Below are positions 63,001-64,000 of a stretch of 64,000 nt of DNA, one piece after another. The notes beneath the pieces were generated by a model. The model saw only the letters and a list, made by a program, of their open reading frames with translations, had not been told where the DNA came from and ran no database searches. Source of the DNA: Ranitomeya imitator (Eukaryota); the NCBI RefSeq assembly GCF_032444005.1, contig NC_091282.1, forward strand, positions 492,094,001 through 492,158,000. The letters run 5' to 3'. Position numbers and translations under genes: made by a program. Numbering within the stretch: position 1 is the stretch's first letter; every line of letters begins with the position of its first letter.

Positions 63001-64000
63001 CCCTTAATCCAGCAATGCCTAGAAATGGTCACACACTACAGTGACATCACCATAATCCAGCAGTGCCTAGAAATGGTCACACACTACAGTGACATCACCA
63101 TAATCCAGCAATGCCTAGAAATGGTCACACACTACAGTGACATCACCATAATCCAGCAATGCCTAGAAATGGTCACACACTACAGTGACATCACCATAAT
63201 CCAGCAATGCCTAGAAATGGTCACACATTACAGTGACATCACCATAATCCAGCAGTGCCTAGAAATGGTCACACACTACAGTGACATCACCATAATCCAG
63301 CAGTGCCTAGAAATGGTCACACACTACAGTGACATCACCATAATCCAGCAATGCCTAGAAATGGTCACACACTACAGTGACATCACCATAATCCAGCAAT
63401 GCCTAGAAATGGTCACACACTACAGTGACATCACCATAATCCAGCAGTGCCTAGAAATGGTCACACACTACAGTGACATCACCATAATCCAGCAATGCCT
63501 AGAAATGGTCACACACTACAGTGACATCACCATAATCCAGCAATGCCTAGAAATGGTCAGACACTACGGTGACATCACCATAATACAGCAATGCCTAGAA
63601 ATGGTAACACACTACAGTGACATCACCATAATCCAGCAGTGCCTAGAAATGGTCACACACTACAGTGACATCACCATAATACAGCAGTGCCTAGAAATGG
63701 TAACACACTACAGTGACATCACCATAATCCAGCAGTGCCTAGAAATGGACAGACACTACGGTGACATCACCATAATACAGCAGTGCCTAGAAATGGTCAC
63801 ACACTACAGTGACATCACCATAATCCAGCAGTGCCTAGAAATGGTCACACTCTACGGTGACATCACCATAATCCAGCAGTGCCTAGAAATGGTCACACAC
63901 TACAGTGACATCACCATAATCCAGCAATGCCTAGAAATGGTCACACACTACAGTGACATCACCATAATCCAGCAATGCCTAGAAATGGTCACACACTACA
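60100..64000. repeat. 48-bp tandem array of about 80 units, running off the window end and presumably intronic in FOCAD
   Basis: Unit ATGGTCACACACTACAGTGACATCACCATAATCCAGCAGTGCCTAGAA, with a few recurrent variant positions. Confidence 0.99.

Noticed and set aside
60078-63044. 464-aa and 470-aa ORFs of repeated MVTHYSDITIIQQCLE
   Set aside because: They are a by-product of a 48-bp unit with one stop-free frame. Indels shift the frame repeatedly, and the array lies antisense within a presumed FOCAD intron.
60100-64000. Possible CRISPR-like array
   Set aside because: Units are head-to-tail with no unique spacers, there are no cas genes, and the context is eukaryotic.

Overview
Vertebrate genomic DNA, most likely a frog. 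This is inferred from the divergent orthologues and a Xenopus-like transposon landscape; the species cannot be determined from the sequence. Two convergent protein-coding genes occupy the window. HACD4 (+ strand) has 6 coding exons, 7616-32135, giving about 219 aa if the ATG at 7617 is the start. The 3' part of FOCAD/focadhesin (- strand) has 10 coding exons, 59507 down to the stop at 36945, about 448 codons, and includes one GC-AG intron. All exons were placed by hand from splice signals and phase continuity. The introns are packed with transposons: a young full-length Tf1/sushi-type chromoviral Gypsy element (23610-31144), TTAA-flanked piggyBac-type non-autonomous elements, Tc1 remnants, TWA-flanked Harbinger-type MITEs, a T2/Kolobok MITE, an L2-type LINE end, SINEs and Penelope-like remnants. 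There are also two tandem arrays (92/93 bp and 48 bp units) and one assembly gap. The most notable observations are: (1) the HACD catalytic Tyr appears replaced by His; (2) several minimal hammerhead-ribozyme motifs, one with a compensatory A3-U8 core in the FOCAD sense strand; (3) a tRNA-independent self-priming signature in the Gypsy element; (4) a perfect 175-bp inverted repeat nested three layers deep; (5) telomere-like repeats carried inside a DNA transposon family.
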